64,000 nucleotides of DNA from Chloroflexota bacterium (GCA_964291655.2 OZ219801.1:448001-512000); one strand, 5' to 3'; counted from the stretch's first letter, positions 12,532-22,867 are shown. Notes: a model not told the origin generated them from the letters alone. Translations and numbers: made by a program.

Positions 12532-13764
12532 TCAAGCCGAGGCCGCCTGCAGCTCTTGCGCCACAAAATCTCTTATGTCAATCCACTCGCCATTGCGCCG
12601 GATCGACTCCTCCGCCGCCAAGCAGATTACGGTGCTTTCCATACCGGCTTCCGGAGTTGCCGTCGCCGGTTTGTCGTGGGCGACGCAGTCCAGGAAACGA
12701 AAGGCCTGGGTCAGGTCACCGGAATGTCCCGGCATACTGCTATCACGGCTGACGTGATAGACGGCCCGATCATTGAGCGGCCGGCGACCGTAGACTTCCA
12801 CCGACCCGCCCTTGACGATTATGCGTCCGTTCGCGCCGACGGCGTCCAGCACCGCGACAGGTCCGGTGGAAGGCGGGGAAAAGAGGCAGAGCTGCAAGCA
12901 GCCCTTCGCGCCGTTCTCGTACTCTACCAGCACCCAGGCGTGATCGATAATGTCGTTGTTTTCCGTCAACACGTGCTGGCCGCCAATGCCCATCACGCGT
13001 GCGGGTTTCGAGTCTACAAACCAGTTGAAGAGATCGAAGCTGTGGCAGTCTTTTTCATTAAGCGCGCCGCCGCTCTGGGACTGGCTGTAGCGCCACGGCG
13101 TCGGCGCAAAGGGTGGGCGAATCGTGCGAGACAATACCATCTGCGGCTGGCCGATCTGGCCGCTTGCCACAATTTCGCGGCCTTTGGTCACCGCCGGATT
13201 GGAACGCTCGTTAAAACCCATAAAGCACTTGCCGCCGCTGCGGTGGGCGGCGTCCACGATTGCCTGGCAGTCCGCTACCGTGGTGGCCAGCGGCTTGTCA
13301 CAGAGCACCCAAGCTCCGGTTTCCAGCGCTGCGACGGCGATCTCCCGATGGGTGAAATTGGCGCTGACCACAACGACGGCGTCCAGATTGGCTTCGTCCA
13401 GCATCTGGCGATAGTCGGTATAGGCTACCGGTGCATCCCGCCCGAACTCTTGAGTGAGGACTTCATTGGCTGTCGCCAGGTGATCTTCCTGTACGTCGCA
13501 TACGGCCACGACATCGGCCTTCAGGTCCCGCGTTTCTACGATCCCGTACTCCTCGAGACTGCGTGCGTATTGCTTGTACATCTCTTCCGGAAACGCAATA
13601 TCCCGGGATTCCCGCAGCTCGGTGCCCCAGTACGAGGTCCGCTTGGCATGACTCCAGTGCCGGTCTGCGCCCAAGTATGCACGGCGGTCAACTTCACTGA
13701 TCCACCGCAGGTAGTTCTGCCCGCGGCCGCCAATACCGACGACGCCGACGCGAATTGCGCTCAT
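12532..13764 (-). CDS. Gfo/Idh/MocA family oxidoreductase
   Basis: GVVGIGGRG Rossmann motif, LCDKPLA, GFNER, GGALNEKDCHSFD. Confidence 0.9.
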   Translation of the reverse strand: MSAIRVGVVGIGGRGQNYLRWISEVDRRAYLGADRHWSHAKRTSYWGTELRESRDIAFPEEMYKQYARSLEEYGIVETRDLKADVVAVCDVQEDHLATANEVLTQEFGRDAPVAYTDYRQMLDEANLDAVVVVSANFTHREIAVAALETGAWVLCDKPLATTVADCQAIVDAAHRSGGKCFMGFNERSNPAVTKGREIVASGQIGQPQMVLSRTIRPPFAPTPWRYSQSQSGGALNEKDCHSFDLFNWFVDSKPARVMGIGGQHVLTENNDIIDHAWVLVEYENGAKGCLQLCLFSPPSTGPVAVLDAVGANGRIIVKGGSVEVYGRRPLNDRAVYHVSRDSSMPGHSGDLTQAFRFLDCVAHDKPATATPEAGMESTVICLAAEESIRRNGEWIDIRDFVAQELQAASA

Positions 13765-13857
13765 GCTATAGATTCCTTAAATCCATGATATTGTGTTGCG
13801 GACAAGAGGATGATCCCATCTGAGAAGATAGCTTCAATGGACCGCCGCGAGGCTCAA

Positions 13858-13883
13858 CCGTTCACCCTGAGCCTGTCGAAGGG
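13858..13883. repeat. Family A repeat
   Basis: CCGTTCACCCTGAGCCTGTCGAAGGG. Confidence 0.8.
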
Positions 13884-13928
13884 CAGCACGAAATATGATC
13901 TTCGCTTCGCCAGTCGCCTTGCCCGTCG

Positions 13929-14043
13929 GAGACCATTGCATAACCCTAGCGGAACCGCGAGAATTCCTTTCCCCCGACAGGAGAGGGCGAGAGCCTGCCC
14001 CGTACGTGATGCAGGGGTGAGGGTGAATATCCTGCAATCTCTC
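13929..14043. repeat. Composite MITE-like element (GAGACCATTGCATAACCC end plus family B palindrome)
   Basis: First ~45 nt nearly identical to 62013-62058; contains the CCCC..GAGAGGG..GGGGTGAGGG palindrome. Confidence 0.65.
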
Positions 14044-14188
14044 CTATCGTAAATCGATAATGCTCCGATGCGTCTTGACACTGCGCAACGCAAAGGGCCA
14101 CTGTAGCAAAAAGACCCCTCACACCGATCCTCTCCCCAAGGAGAAGTAGGTTCTCCCTCTGCCGGTGGGGGCTATCATGGGTCTCCTG

Positions 14189-15016
14189 TCAGGAGAGCGG
14201 CTTCTTGCCTATGGCCTCTCCATAGGCAAAGGAGAAAAGAGCGCCGGGATGCTCCTTCCACCTATCATAGGCAACTTTCAAATTGTGAACCAACTCTTCC
14301 GACGACGCCCCGTATTTTATGGCCGCTTGCGCTATTTCGGGCGACAAGAGCCACTGGCTGACCACGCGATAGATGGCAGCGATTCCCTCGGGAGAGGTGT
14401 AAATGCTACTGGATGCGCTCATTTGAACGTCGGCGAACCCGGCCTCCTGGAAATGTCCCTTCAATTCCTTGCCCATCTGAGGGTGCCCATCATCTGCTTG
14501 CAGCAGGTCTTCGAACATGTCCCACGACCTTCGCAGGATGCCGAAGTCGGGATACGCAAAGGCCGACTCGCAGATCATTTCACGGCAGGCTATGATGCCG
14601 CCGGGCTTCAGGACGCGTTTGATCTCGGACAGCACGGCCGCGGTGTCCGGAACGTGCATCAGCACGCTGCGACAGTGAGCGACATCAAAGAAGCTGTCCT
14701 CGAACTCGAGATCGGTTACGTCGCCAACGTGAAATGTAGCGTTATCTTGACCCTGCGACGCGGCCATAGACCGAGCCAGTTCGATCAGAGACTCTTCCAT
14801 GTCCACGCCGTGCATCTCGCCAGGCGCAACGGCTTTGGCCAAGCCCACCGATATGGCGCCAGGTCCACAGCCAAAGTCCAGCACGCGAAGGCCAGGTCTG
14901 AGATAGGGGAGCAGATACTCCGCATTGGCTTCCGCCGTTGATCGCAACTGAGTCTCCAAAATCTCTTTGCCGTAGCCCATTGTGTAATCAGGCGTCGCCG
15001 ATGTTTGGAAAACCAT
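14189..15016 (-). CDS. Class I SAM-dependent methyltransferase (UbiE-like)
   Basis: VLDFGCGPG motif I, GVD, FDVAH, RVLKPGG; start uncertain (15016 or nearby). Confidence 0.88.
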   Translation of the reverse strand: MVFQTSATPDYTMGYGKEILETQLRSTAEANAEYLLPYLRPGLRVLDFGCGPGAISVGLAKAVAPGEMHGVDMEESLIELARSMAASQGQDNATFHVGDVTDLEFEDSFFDVAHCRSVLMHVPDTAAVLSEIKRVLKPGGIIACREMICESAFAYPDFGILRRSWDMFEDLLQADDGHPQMGKELKGHFQEAGFADVQMSASSSIYTSPEGIAAIYRVVSQWLLSPEIAQAAIKYGASSEELVHNLKVAYDRWKEHPGALFSFAYGEAIGKKPLS

Positions 15017-15414
15017 AGTAGCGTTTGCTTCGACCTCCTCTTCAACAACAGCCTTGGGACATGCGCCTGCAGTCTGGCTGCAATTCGGGCAAAAGAGCAC
15101 GCCGCCCACTCCAACTCAAAAGTCTCGGAGCGGTAAGCAGCTCATCCTGTGAAGACATCCGCCTCATCGTCCAACGGGACATATCCGCAGATTCGGGCGG
15201 TCTCAGCAACAATGGTGAGAAATGTCGCGGGGATACTCGGGCTTTCATGACGGCCAACTCAGGCAACAGACTCGGCAAGGCCACAGAATCTCTGTCGACA
15301 ACCATAGTGAAAGCTAGTATCTCAGAATTGGCCTGCAAAGTCGATCCTGCCGTCGCAGACAGCCATCGGAATCTCTTGCACAACCCTTGCGTAGTCCCCC
15401 TGCAGTCGAGAGAA

Positions 15415-15450
15415 CCTCCTTCTCCCTGGGAAGAGGGCCGCATTGAGGGG
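15415..15450. repeat. Family B palindromic repeat (BoxC-like CCCTCTCCC..GGGAGAGGG..GAGGGG)
   Basis: Similar to copies at 18605-18641, 25601-25928 and 63522-63540. Confidence 0.65.
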
Positions 15451-15587
15451 AATCTTCACCTCTCCGGCCTAAGTTCATTCCCTCGTCAGAAATTCGCATG
15501 GGTCACCTAAGGAACATCTCCGCAGGATTGTTCTCTGCGGAGATGTCACTCATTGATCAGCAATTGCAGGAGAAGCCGGCTTGGCTC

Positions 15588-16973
15588 CTATCCCTGGTGC
15601 CTGCCCGTCTCCTCCAGGCGCGCGACCCACATGGCGTCCAGTTCCCGCGCTACCTCTTCCACCGACTTGGTGCCTTCCCAAATTTGCGGCAGCGCCTGGC
15701 GCGCGCTTTGGTCGAAGAATCTGCCGTCCCAACTGCCGCCAAAGGGCACCACGGCGAAGTCAGGATTCTGCAAGAAGCGCGTGCGATTTTCCGGCTTGGT
15801 GAGATACTCATTCCAGAAGAACTCATTGGCCGCGATCAACGCAGACGGAGAACCCGACGGGAACGAAATTGCCCGCGCCATCCCCCACTCGCCGCCGTCG
15901 AAGTTTGTAAACCATTTCAGCACCTCCCAGGACGCATCCTGGGCATCGGACGTGCTAAACATTGAGGCGCCGCCGGAGCCGAAGAACGTGTATCTGCCTT
16001 CGGGTCCCTGGGGCATGAGGCCGACGTCAAAGTCAAGCCCTTCTACGCTCGCCAACCGCACAGCGGCCCACTCCGGCAGGAATGAGATTGCGATCTTGCC
16101 TTGGGCAAAGCCATTATTCCAGCCCAGCGCCGGGTAGGGATGGGTGCGGTCCTTGAGCATCAGGTCGGCGATGAATTGCAGGGCGGCAATTGACTTGGGG
16201 TCGGTGATCACCGACCGCGTATTGTCATCGGCGAGAAAACCACCGCCAAACGACCGCAGCACGTGATCGATGCGCACCAGCCTGAACTCAACGCCCCACG
16301 ACTCCGGCTCGCCGTCATTGTTGGCGTCTTTCGTCAGGACACGCGCCATCTCGCGCAGGTCGTCCCATGTCCAGTCTTCGCCCGGTTCGTCTAATCCGGC
16401 CTCCGCGAGCAGTGTCTTGTTGTAGTAGACGCCCTCGGTGGCATGGTTCCACGGCAAGGCCCATTGCCCGCCTTCCGGCACGCGGTAAAACTCGGTGACA
16501 CGCGGATAGTAGGCCGCGATGTCGAAGTTCGTATCTGCCTTGATGTGGTCATCCAAGTTTACCAGCACGCCCTCGGCCGCATAGGTGAAGTGGCCGCCGG
16601 ACATGTGCAGCACGTCGGCGTTGGCGCCCGCGGCGACAAATGTGGCGATTTGCTGCTGATAATTCGTGCCCGCCTCCGCAATGATCAGCTTAATCTCGAT
16701 GCTCGGATTCTTTTCATGGAAGTTTGCCAGCCACGCATCCATGGCGTCGACGCTGCGCCCGGCAAAGGGGCCGATTAAGAACTCAACCTCGGTCGGCTCA
16801 GCCGGTGCGGGCGCCTCTTGCTTGGCCTCTTCTTCCTTCGGCGCCATGGCTTCTTCTTCCGCAGCCGGGACCGTGGCAACAGTGCCGCACGCCGCCAAGC
16901 CCAATATACCTAACGTGCCACCAAAGCCCTGCAAGAGCCGGCGCCGACTCAAGCCAACTGAATCCACCTTCAT
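15588..16973 (-). CDS. Sugar ABC transporter substrate-binding lipoprotein with Tat signal
   Basis: SRRRLL twin-Arg motif, LAAC lipobox, ALPW, YYNKTLL.EAG, WTWDD; GGAGGA RBS before ATG 16973. Confidence 0.9.
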   Translation of the reverse strand: MKVDSVGLSRRRLLQGFGGTLGILGLAACGTVATVPAAEEEAMAPKEEEAKQEAPAPAEPTEVEFLIGPFAGRSVDAMDAWLANFHEKNPSIEIKLIIAEAGTNYQQQIATFVAAGANADVLHMSGGHFTYAAEGVLVNLDDHIKADTNFDIAAYYPRVTEFYRVPEGGQWALPWNHATEGVYYNKTLLAEAGLDEPGEDWTWDDLREMARVLTKDANNDGEPESWGVEFRLVRIDHVLRSFGGGFLADDNTRSVITDPKSIAALQFIADLMLKDRTHPYPALGWNNGFAQGKIAISFLPEWAAVRLASVEGLDFDVGLMPQGPEGRYTFFGSGGASMFSTSDAQDASWEVLKWFTNFDGGEWGMARAISFPSGSPSALIAANEFFWNEYLTKPENRTRFLQNPDFAVVPFGGSWDGRFFDQSARQALPQIWEGTKSVEEVARELDAMWVARLEETGRHQG

Positions 16974-17080
16974 GCTCGTATCCTCCCGTACGCTATGCAC
17001 TTCGCTAGAACAGCAACTCTGTCTGCCAAGCAGCCCGCGGGGACTACTTAGCCGAGCTGCATGAGTTGCAGTTCCGCGAC

Positions 17081-17089
17081 ATTATAACA
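17081..17089 (-). promoter_or_regulatory. Extended -10 promoter element for the binding-protein gene
   Basis: TGTTATAAT on the minus strand, ~110 nt upstream of the start. Confidence 0.5.
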
Positions 17090-17542
17090 TACACTGTCCG
17101 CCCAGATAGTCCAGCCTCTAGGTAGTAAAGGCCGAGGTAAGCATACGGGGCAAACTTCCGCCAATGAGCATCCTCTAAAACTGCTAAGACCCATCGTTAC
17201 CCCAGACCGCTTCAAGCTCATTGGACATGAGCACCAAGTGGACGGCAAATCACACCGGTTCTCTATAGAGCAGCTTCACCAATACACCTCCAGGCTGCCG
17301 CGCTATACTGTGATGAACCCCCTCTCGACCCTACCCAAGCAGATTGGCTGTCATATAACCACGGGTGGGGACAGCATAGGGAATCTATCGGGTATTCTGT
17401 GGCATGTGCGACTGAGAGTTCGCATTTGCCAGTGGACAATACCAGGACTCAGACTACTTAAGCACGAGTATGCGGGAAACTGAACGGGAGCACAAAGCAA
17501 GGCCGCCGGAAAGAGCCAGCCATGAGTAAGGCGGAGCGCTAG

Positions 17543-18418
17543 ATGACCCTACTCGCGTTGCTGCTCGTGCTGGGAGCTGCCTTGGCGCATGCCACGTGGA
17601 ATCTGCTCCTCAAGCGCAGCGGCATTCCGCTCATCTACACCTGGAATATTACAGTTGCGGGCACGCTCGTCACTCTGCCGGTAGCCGCCTACTTTCTGGC
17701 TCGCGCCGAGATTTCGCTCACCGGTTGGGGTTTCTTTCTGGGTACGGCGATCATTCACGCGTTCTACTTCACATTGCTTGCGCAAGCTTACGAACACGGC
17801 GACATGTCGCTCGTCTATCCCCTTGCCCGCGGCATGGGCGTGGCGCTCACTCCCATCGGTGCGGTGCTCATACTGGGCGAGCACATCACCCTGCCGCAAG
17901 GGCTTGGCATTGCCGGCATCGTGCTGGGACTTCTCATTCTTCAGATCCCACCTGATCTCTCTCGGCAGACCCTGGCCGCGCACTTCCGACCGGCGGCCGG
18001 GCTCGCCTTTGCCGTAGTAACCGGCGTCACTATCGCGACCTATTCGCTGTGGGACAAAGTGGGAGTCTCCCACGTGCCGCCGTTGCTGTACGTCACCGGC
18101 GCCTTCCTCGGTCCGGCAATATCAATGTCGTGGATGCTCCGCCGCCGCGTAGGCACGTTGCTTGCGGTGTGGCGGGCGCATCCGGCCACCATGGGCGCCG
18201 GGGCGGTGCTCTCTCCACTGGCCTACAGTCTCGCGCTGGTGGCACTCTCAATCGGCCAGGTGAGTCAAGTGGCGCCATTGCGGGAAGTAGGGGTGGTTAT
18301 CGGCACGGTACTTGGCATCATTGTTTTGCGCGAGCAATCGCCGGTGCCGCGCATTGGGGGCGCAGTCGTAATCGCCCTGGGGGCTATCGTTCTGGCGTAT
18401 AGCAGTGTGACGTTTTAG
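17543..18418 (+). CDS. EamA/DMT family transporter
   Basis: HATWNLLLK, AYEHGDMSLVYPLARG, YSLWDK, APLRE; about 10 TM segments. Confidence 0.92.
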   Translation: MTLLALLLVLGAALAHATWNLLLKRSGIPLIYTWNITVAGTLVTLPVAAYFLARAEISLTGWGFFLGTAIIHAFYFTLLAQAYEHGDMSLVYPLARGMGVALTPIGAVLILGEHITLPQGLGIAGIVLGLLILQIPPDLSRQTLAAHFRPAAGLAFAVVTGVTIATYSLWDKVGVSHVPPLLYVTGAFLGPAISMSWMLRRRVGTLLAVWRAHPATMGAGAVLSPLAYSLALVALSIGQVSQVAPLREVGVVIGTVLGIIVLREQSPVPRIGGAVVIALGAIVLAYSSVTF

Positions 18419-18474
18419 CACACAAATATCCTTGCTTTGATATGCAAGGTCAGCGGCACTCCAGAAGCGAAGAG

Positions 18475-18498
18475 GCGGGGGACAAGCCCCCGCGCTAC
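18475..18498. repeat. Family C repeat (inverted)
   Basis: GCGGGGGACAAGCCCCCGCGCTAC. Confidence 0.85.
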
Positions 18499-18604
18499 GT
18501 CTTGGCTTGAAGCCGGACAGTCTCTAGATGCCAAAGCCGACAGGCGAAAAGATCCCCTTGGCTAAGAATTCCCCTGCGCAACTTCGGCAGTTGGCGCAAG
18601 AGTA

Positions 18605-18641
18605 CCTCCCTCTCCTCGGGGAGAGGGCCGGGGTGAGGGGG
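18605..18641. repeat. Family B repeat (uninterrupted copy)
   Basis: CCTCCCTCTCCTCGGGGAGAGGGCCGGGGTGAGGGG. Confidence 0.8.
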
Positions 18642-18667
18642 ACCCTTCAGGCACTAAAGCCGCAGCG

Positions 18668-19534
18668 CTAGTCGCCGGAACGCTCTGTCTGTGCTAGAAC
18701 GGCGTCAAGCGCCTCTTTGGCGGTGCCCACCGCTACGTCCCAGTCCTGGTTGCGAAACTCGTCATCGAAGATCTCGATGGCGACGTAGCCGTCGAAGCCG
18801 ATCTCCGCAATTGCCTGGAACCAACCCGTCAGATCGATGACGCCCTTACCCGGCAGCACGCGGTCCGTGTCTTCCAGGGTCATCACGTCGGCATGGGGCG
18901 CGTCATTTACATGCAGGTGCACGATGTCCTCCGCACGCAATGAGCGGATCTGCGATAGATCGCCGCCGCTTGTGAAGTAGTGGAACGAATCTAGGATCAA
19001 GCCGACGTTGGGCCGGCCGGTTTCGCGCAGCATCGCTATAGTGTCCGGCACGTTGTTGAGGAAAGCGTGTGGTTCCTCCAGCTGGAACGTGCGCAGGCCT
19101 ATAAACTCCAGACCGATAGCAATGCCGTGGGGTTCCGCTCGTTCTGCCAGAATTGCCACGCGATCTCTCAGAATGCGCCGGGCCTCGTCAGGCGGCAGCG
19201 ACATGCGATTCGGAAAGAACGATCCCGTGCGCTGACACCCCACCGACGCCGCCAACGCGCAGTTTTCCGAGAACTGGTCGAGCGCCTGCATGAACTCAAC
19301 CTCCGGAGAGAAGAGTCCTGCCGGAATGAAGCCCATGTAGGCCGGTGATGTTTCAAATTCAGCGAAGAATTCGCGCACCGCCGCAGCGGAGGTCTGCTCG
19401 GCCCGCGCTCGCACTTCAGCAAACGAGGCGTCTACACCTGGAAACCCAAACCGCTGCGAAAGCGAGAGGACGTCTTCAAATGAATAGCCCGGTTTCAATA
19501 TAGACCCATGCATCGACGGTTGCGGTAAAGTCAT
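18668..19534 (-). CDS. Sugar phosphate isomerase/epimerase (xylose-isomerase-like TIM barrel)
   Basis: GLEFIG, LDSFH, HLHVND, RVLPGKGVIDL, AIEIF. Confidence 0.88.
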   Translation of the reverse strand: MTLPQPSMHGSILKPGYSFEDVLSLSQRFGFPGVDASFAEVRARAEQTSAAAVREFFAEFETSPAYMGFIPAGLFSPEVEFMQALDQFSENCALAASVGCQRTGSFFPNRMSLPPDEARRILRDRVAILAERAEPHGIAIGLEFIGLRTFQLEEPHAFLNNVPDTIAMLRETGRPNVGLILDSFHYFTSGGDLSQIRSLRAEDIVHLHVNDAPHADVMTLEDTDRVLPGKGVIDLTGWFQAIAEIGFDGYVAIEIFDDEFRNQDWDVAVGTAKEALDAVLAQTERSGD

Positions 19535-19589
19535 CTTCAGAATCTCCTAGGTAATCTTGCGGTTCTCCGGGTGTTCGCTAGCGCCCTCC

Positions 19590-20561
19590 TCAACGTTCAG
19601 CGGAAGAGTCGAACGCCCAAAACTGTTCTTCTTCGAGCACTTCGTCAGGTATTGCCGGCCAACCTGCTGTGCCTATCCGTGTCGCATACCTGTCGAGTGC
19701 GCGCTGCTTTGCTGCCGGGTCGGTCACGGGAACCCGCCGGTCGAGAGGCGGTTGCTCCTCCTCCAATGCCTGCGCGTATGCGAACACCTGCGCCTCCCGA
19801 GGCGCGACTTCCCGCAGCGACCGCGCTATCAGCCGCCCGGCTGCCGCCACCGTTTCGTCCGCGCTCGCAGGTGAAGGCAAGTATATCTCTGCGGGGTTCA
19901 GTTCAACAAGTATGTCGTTCAGGTCGTGGAGGATCGCATTGAAGGAATACGGCACGCCTAGACCGGAACGAAGCATGCGATACGGTGTGATGCCGGCATC
20001 GAAGAGACCGTCCTTCTCGGTAAACGGCGAACGAACCACGTCATCCGGCGCATCTTCTGTCAATTCATGCAACACGCCATCCGGATACGAGAGGAAGACT
20101 GCATCATCCCGTTTCATGCCAAGTGCATTCTCCGCTGCGTGGAGCGCCACGTCTTGCAGGACAGCCGCTGCCTGCAAATACTGTTCCGGCGTCGGCGCAG
20201 CGCTATCGGAAAGGCCGGCAAGCTCTTGCGCTGCGTCGGTCTGGGCATCGCCGTTGGTGACGTAAACGATGACGACGCGCTTGCCTTGCGTGACTGCTAG
20301 TCTGATCGTCGCGTATGCCGACACTACCGCATCTCCGGGACGCGCGGCGAACACTACCACGTCTGCCTTGGCGATTGGGTCGGTGTCAATAACAGCGGGA
20401 GCGGCAGGCACGAAATCAGCAGCAGGTTGAATCTGCGGCTGTGAACGCACAGAGTCATAGAGACGACCCATGCGCTGCGAATACGTTTCCGCGGCACAAC
20501 CGACCAGCAGCACAAGAAGCGGCAGACACAAGAGCCGTCGCACCACAAGCCATGCCATCAC
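19590..20561 (-). CDS. PIG-L deacetylase-fold lipoprotein with degenerate active site
   Basis: LLVGC lipobox; VYVTNGD and FLSYPDG PIG-L motifs present, but HPDD reads RPGD and the second His motif is missing. Confidence 0.7.
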   Translation of the reverse strand: MMAWLVVRRLLCLPLLVLLVGCAAETYSQRMGRLYDSVRSQPQIQPAADFVPAAPAVIDTDPIAKADVVVFAARPGDAVVSAYATIRLAVTQGKRVVIVYVTNGDAQTDAAQELAGLSDSAAPTPEQYLQAAAVLQDVALHAAENALGMKRDDAVFLSYPDGVLHELTEDAPDDVVRSPFTEKDGLFDAGITPYRMLRSGLGVPYSFNAILHDLNDILVELNPAEIYLPSPASADETVAAAGRLIARSLREVAPREAQVFAYAQALEEEQPPLDRRVPVTDPAAKQRALDRYATRIGTAGWPAIPDEVLEEEQFWAFDSSAER

Positions 20562-21358
20562 ATTCTTCCTACCAGCTCGATGAGGTTTTCGCCTCGATAG
20601 CAGACCGTAGTACCGTTTCGGCGTACGCTACGCACCCCATCGCACGCGTGAGCATCGGCATATTCCGGGGAGGTGTACTGCAAGCACAATTCGTACGGCG
20701 GGGCAAAGACAAGAGGGGGTACAGATTGCCCTTGACGCACTGCCAGCGCTGCGGCTCTATGTATCCTGGCGTGCTGATCTGAAGAAGGCAAGAGCCTGGC
20801 GGCGTGCCTGCCCAGCCCGGTCTTTACCGGCACTACCTCAACCTCAGGACCGAGCAGAGTGCGCGCCTCGGCGCACAATTTGTCGTCACCGACCACTAAT
20901 CCTACCGGTATGCCGTAGACGCCGGCACACGCGGCGCTCAACCCAAGTTCACCAATCGCGACGTTATTCAGCCAGACGTCGCTCCAGCGGGATGAACTCA
21001 CGGTATGGTCCCGGAATGCGTGCAACCTCCCCTGTGCGGCGTGGTAACCCAGGCAGAAGTATAGGTCAATGTCCGGTTCCAGGACCGCATGTTGGGGATA
21101 GGGTAAATTTCCCATGTAGACGTGCGCGCGGGGGTCAAGCTGCTCGACGATCATGTTCATACTGCTGCCGTGGTTATCGTGGACGATGACGTCGGTTGCG
21201 CCGCCGTCAAATGCTCCCGCCACGGCAGCGTTGACTTCCGCCATCACCAATCTTCGTCCCTGTTGATACTGCCGACCCCCAATGTGGCGGGAAATCTGCT
21301 CGCGCAGCGCAACGCCGGCCAGCCCTTCCATGTCAACGCTCAAGTATACGCGCGCCAA
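20558..21358 (-). CDS. dppA: M55 family D-aminopeptidase (DppA-like)
   Basis: YLSVDMEG, DNHG, GYHA, HT, IGE, GDD, VKTG. Confidence 0.9.
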   Translation of the reverse strand: MARVYLSVDMEGLAGVALREQISRHIGGRQYQQGRRLVMAEVNAAVAGAFDGGATDVIVHDNHGSSMNMIVEQLDPRAHVYMGNLPYPQHAVLEPDIDLYFCLGYHAAQGRLHAFRDHTVSSSRWSDVWLNNVAIGELGLSAACAGVYGIPVGLVVGDDKLCAEARTLLGPEVEVVPVKTGLGRHAARLLPSSDQHARIHRAAALAVRQGQSVPPLVFAPPYELCLQYTSPEYADAHACDGVRSVRRNGTTVCYRGENLIELVGRM

Positions 21359-21541
21359 TGCTTGCCTCCGAGGATCCTACGCACCAGTCTAGTATCGCCT
21401 ACGCAGCCAATCTGCGCTACACTATGGAGGTAAGCTTTAGCTTAGTTTCAGCGCGCCAGCGCGCGCACTCGACCTCGCAGCTCGTCCCGATCGGGCCCCT
21501 TCTCGTTATTTCATCCTCAAGCGCACATTGGTTGCAGTTAA

Positions 21542-22561
21542 ATGATTACCCCCGTTAGCCGCGTACGCACGTGCATCATTGGCGCCGGCGCCACAGCCCG
21601 GAAGCATATAGTCGGCTGGCAGGCAGTGAAAGATTCTCACGTTGTTGCCGTGGTTGACATGGACGAGGCGCGCGCGTACGGCTTAGCCCAAGAGTACGGG
21701 ATCGACACTGTCAGTACAGACTACTCCGCAGTTATTGCACGGGCCGACATAAACATCGTTTCATTGTGCACCTCGTTGGCACTGAACGGACCCATCGCTC
21801 TTGACGCCATAGAGAACCACAAACATGTCTTCTGCGAGCGCAACACCACCCACGTCTTGGGCGAGTGTGACACGCTCTTGGCATCGGCACGCCGCAACCG
21901 GGTCGCAGTGGGCATGAGCTTCCCTCGCCGCTACTCGCTCAGCTTCACGCGCATCCGTGAGATGATGGATGAAGAGACGCTCGGCCGGCCGGTAATATAC
22001 CGCGTGCATTGTCTCATGCCTGCCCCAAGCAGCTCGTCCGAACGCAGGGAAACGCGAGACACGAAAGTCTTTCTCAACCTATTTGCAGACCACTACGATC
22101 TCTGGGCATGGCTCTTCCGCAGCGACGTCGTCCGCGTGAATGCTCGCGGCTTCAGTTGGGCGAACTTTGAGTCGGACCAGCGCAAAAGGCTAGGCACCGC
22201 ACCTGATTCCGGCGTGGCACTAATCGAATACAGCTCCGGCGACATTGGAGTCATTACCGCTTCTTGCAGTATGCAGGCGGGGTTCAAGCCCTTCCTAGCG
22301 CAAGAGGAAGAGCTCATCGGGCCACAGGGTGTACTCACCAATCTCCAACCCAAACAATTCAGGCACATAGACCATCGAGGCAAGGCGCAAGAATTCGAAT
22401 TTCAGCCCCATGATGCGTATACCGCGGCAATACAGGATTTCGCTAGCCGCATACGTCGCGGGGAACCGCCTCGCGTCTCCGGCGATGATGGCAGACGCGC
22501 GCTCCGCGTGGGACTTGCCGTCACGGAATCTATGGAATCGGGTGAAACGGTCGAGTACTGA
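21542..22561 (+). CDS. Gfo/Idh/MocA family oxidoreductase
   Basis: IIGAG Rossmann motif, KHVFCE, C-terminal P.VSGDDG...L...A..ES. Confidence 0.85.
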   Translation: MITPVSRVRTCIIGAGATARKHIVGWQAVKDSHVVAVVDMDEARAYGLAQEYGIDTVSTDYSAVIARADINIVSLCTSLALNGPIALDAIENHKHVFCERNTTHVLGECDTLLASARRNRVAVGMSFPRRYSLSFTRIREMMDEETLGRPVIYRVHCLMPAPSSSSERRETRDTKVFLNLFADHYDLWAWLFRSDVVRVNARGFSWANFESDQRKRLGTAPDSGVALIEYSSGDIGVITASCSMQAGFKPFLAQEEELIGPQGVLTNLQPKQFRHIDHRGKAQEFEFQPHDAYTAAIQDFASRIRRGEPPRVSGDDGRRALRVGLAVTESMESGETVEY

Positions 22562-22642
22562 GTCAGGTTTGGCAGGGTCATTGCAAGTTATTGTCATCAT
22601 GTTTCAGGGCCAATCGTCATTGCTATGAGAATAGACCTTACT

Positions 22643-22867
22643 GTAGCGCGGGGGCTTGTCCCCCGCTGCTGACAGGGCGCATGCGGTGCTGGCGGATGGT
22701 TTCCGCTCTCGCGGGAATGACGGATTTACTTTGAAAAGGCCCTGCAAGTTTGGCCAGAACCTTGCAAGAGGCCGTAACATAAGAGCTTTACTAGAGGAAT
22801 GAGTATACCGCCACAAAGCGCAGGAAACTGCCCTCTGCTCGCGCTTCGACAAGCTCGGCGCTAACGG
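22643..22867. repeat. Intergenic cluster of family C (22643), D (22697) and A (22843) repeats
   Basis: Direct sequence matches to copies elsewhere in the window. Confidence 0.8.

Noticed and set aside
12556-13788. 410-aa antisense ORF
   Set aside because: Shadow of the Gfo/Idh/MocA gene on the opposite strand, common in GC-rich DNA, with no recognisable motifs.
21830-21850. EKP motif altered to ERN in a Gfo/Idh/MocA protein as evidence of a pseudoenzyme
   Set aside because: A single motif deviation is too weak to support the claim without an alignment.
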